Below the pieces are notes generated by a model, which saw only the letters and a program-made list of their open reading frames with translations, was not told where the DNA came from and ran no database searches. A stretch of 63,915 bases of DNA, the filler included, from Octopus bimaculoides (Eukaryota): NCBI RefSeq assembly GCF_001194135.2. It is 9 parts of 7 records of this genome, joined end to end, with 100 filler letters (N's around TTAATTAATTAA, not from the genome) between each part and the next. Parts side by side here need not be neighbours in the genome. Positions count along the whole stretch, not along the records: positions 62,601 to 63,915 come from NW_026329687.1; 8 more parts are not named here. One strand, given 5' to 3'. A program made the translations under genes and the position numbers. This document shows, piece after piece, positions 63,563 to 63,915 of this stretch (the stretch's first letter is position 1; each line of letters starts with the position of its first letter).

Positions 63563-63884
63563 CTGTTAATTGTCTTCAATTTATAACTCGACATAAAAAA
63601 AGAAAGCACATAAACACACACAAATATATATATATATGCATCTATGATATATATTATGGACAGGTGGGTGTGTATTTTATAAACAAACTGGCTATTTACA
63701 TCATGTATACATATATATGAGCGTATCTATAAATATGTCAGTTGATCTTAGGTGTTCGGGGTGGCTGGTAGAATAATAGTGTGTGTGTGTGCTTTGGGAC
63801 GGCAGGTCGGGTGTATGAGATGCGATTGTTGCGTTTTGTTGTACGGAGCTGTAGACAATCGATGTGTTTGTGTATGTGTGTGTG

Positions 63885-63915
<31 letters not shown>

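Overview
Eukaryotic, AT-rich, microsatellite-saturated, transposon-dominated draft-assembly sequence. The tRNA-derived SINE families and simple-repeat spectrum look like octopus (cephalopod) DNA; this is an inference from recalled repeat families, not a database result. The window is not one locus: eight identical 100-bp spacers (44 N + TTAATTAATTAA + 44 N) join nine probably unrelated scaffolds (1-2371, 2472-18081, 18182-30247, 30348-32824, 32925-36692, 36793-52156, 52257-58470, 58571-62500, 62601-63915), and there are many additional N gaps. No intact, nameable host gene is visible; nearly all listed ORFs come from Ns or microsatellites. Supportable content: a full-length but dead Buster/Charlie-type hAT (TIRs + 8-bp TSD), a Helitron PIF1-helicase remnant with its 3' hairpin-CTAG end, a Gypsy integrase remnant with PPT and 3' LTR, a 165-bp solo LTR with TSD, a Tip100-type hAT fragment, R4/Dong-like, Tx1/L1-like, CR1-group and RTE-like LINE fragments, three Penelope-like GIY-YIG remnants with several minimal hammerhead-ribozyme-like motifs, several MITEs, at least three SINE families, and a few candidate isolated host exons. 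The least explained structures are a cluster/array of tRNA-like Pol III promoter cassettes (16681-18081) and a hammerhead-like motif family with covarying stems and a recurrent non-canonical core. No CRISPR array, rRNA, bona fide tRNA or TnpB/Fanzor-like ORF was recognised.
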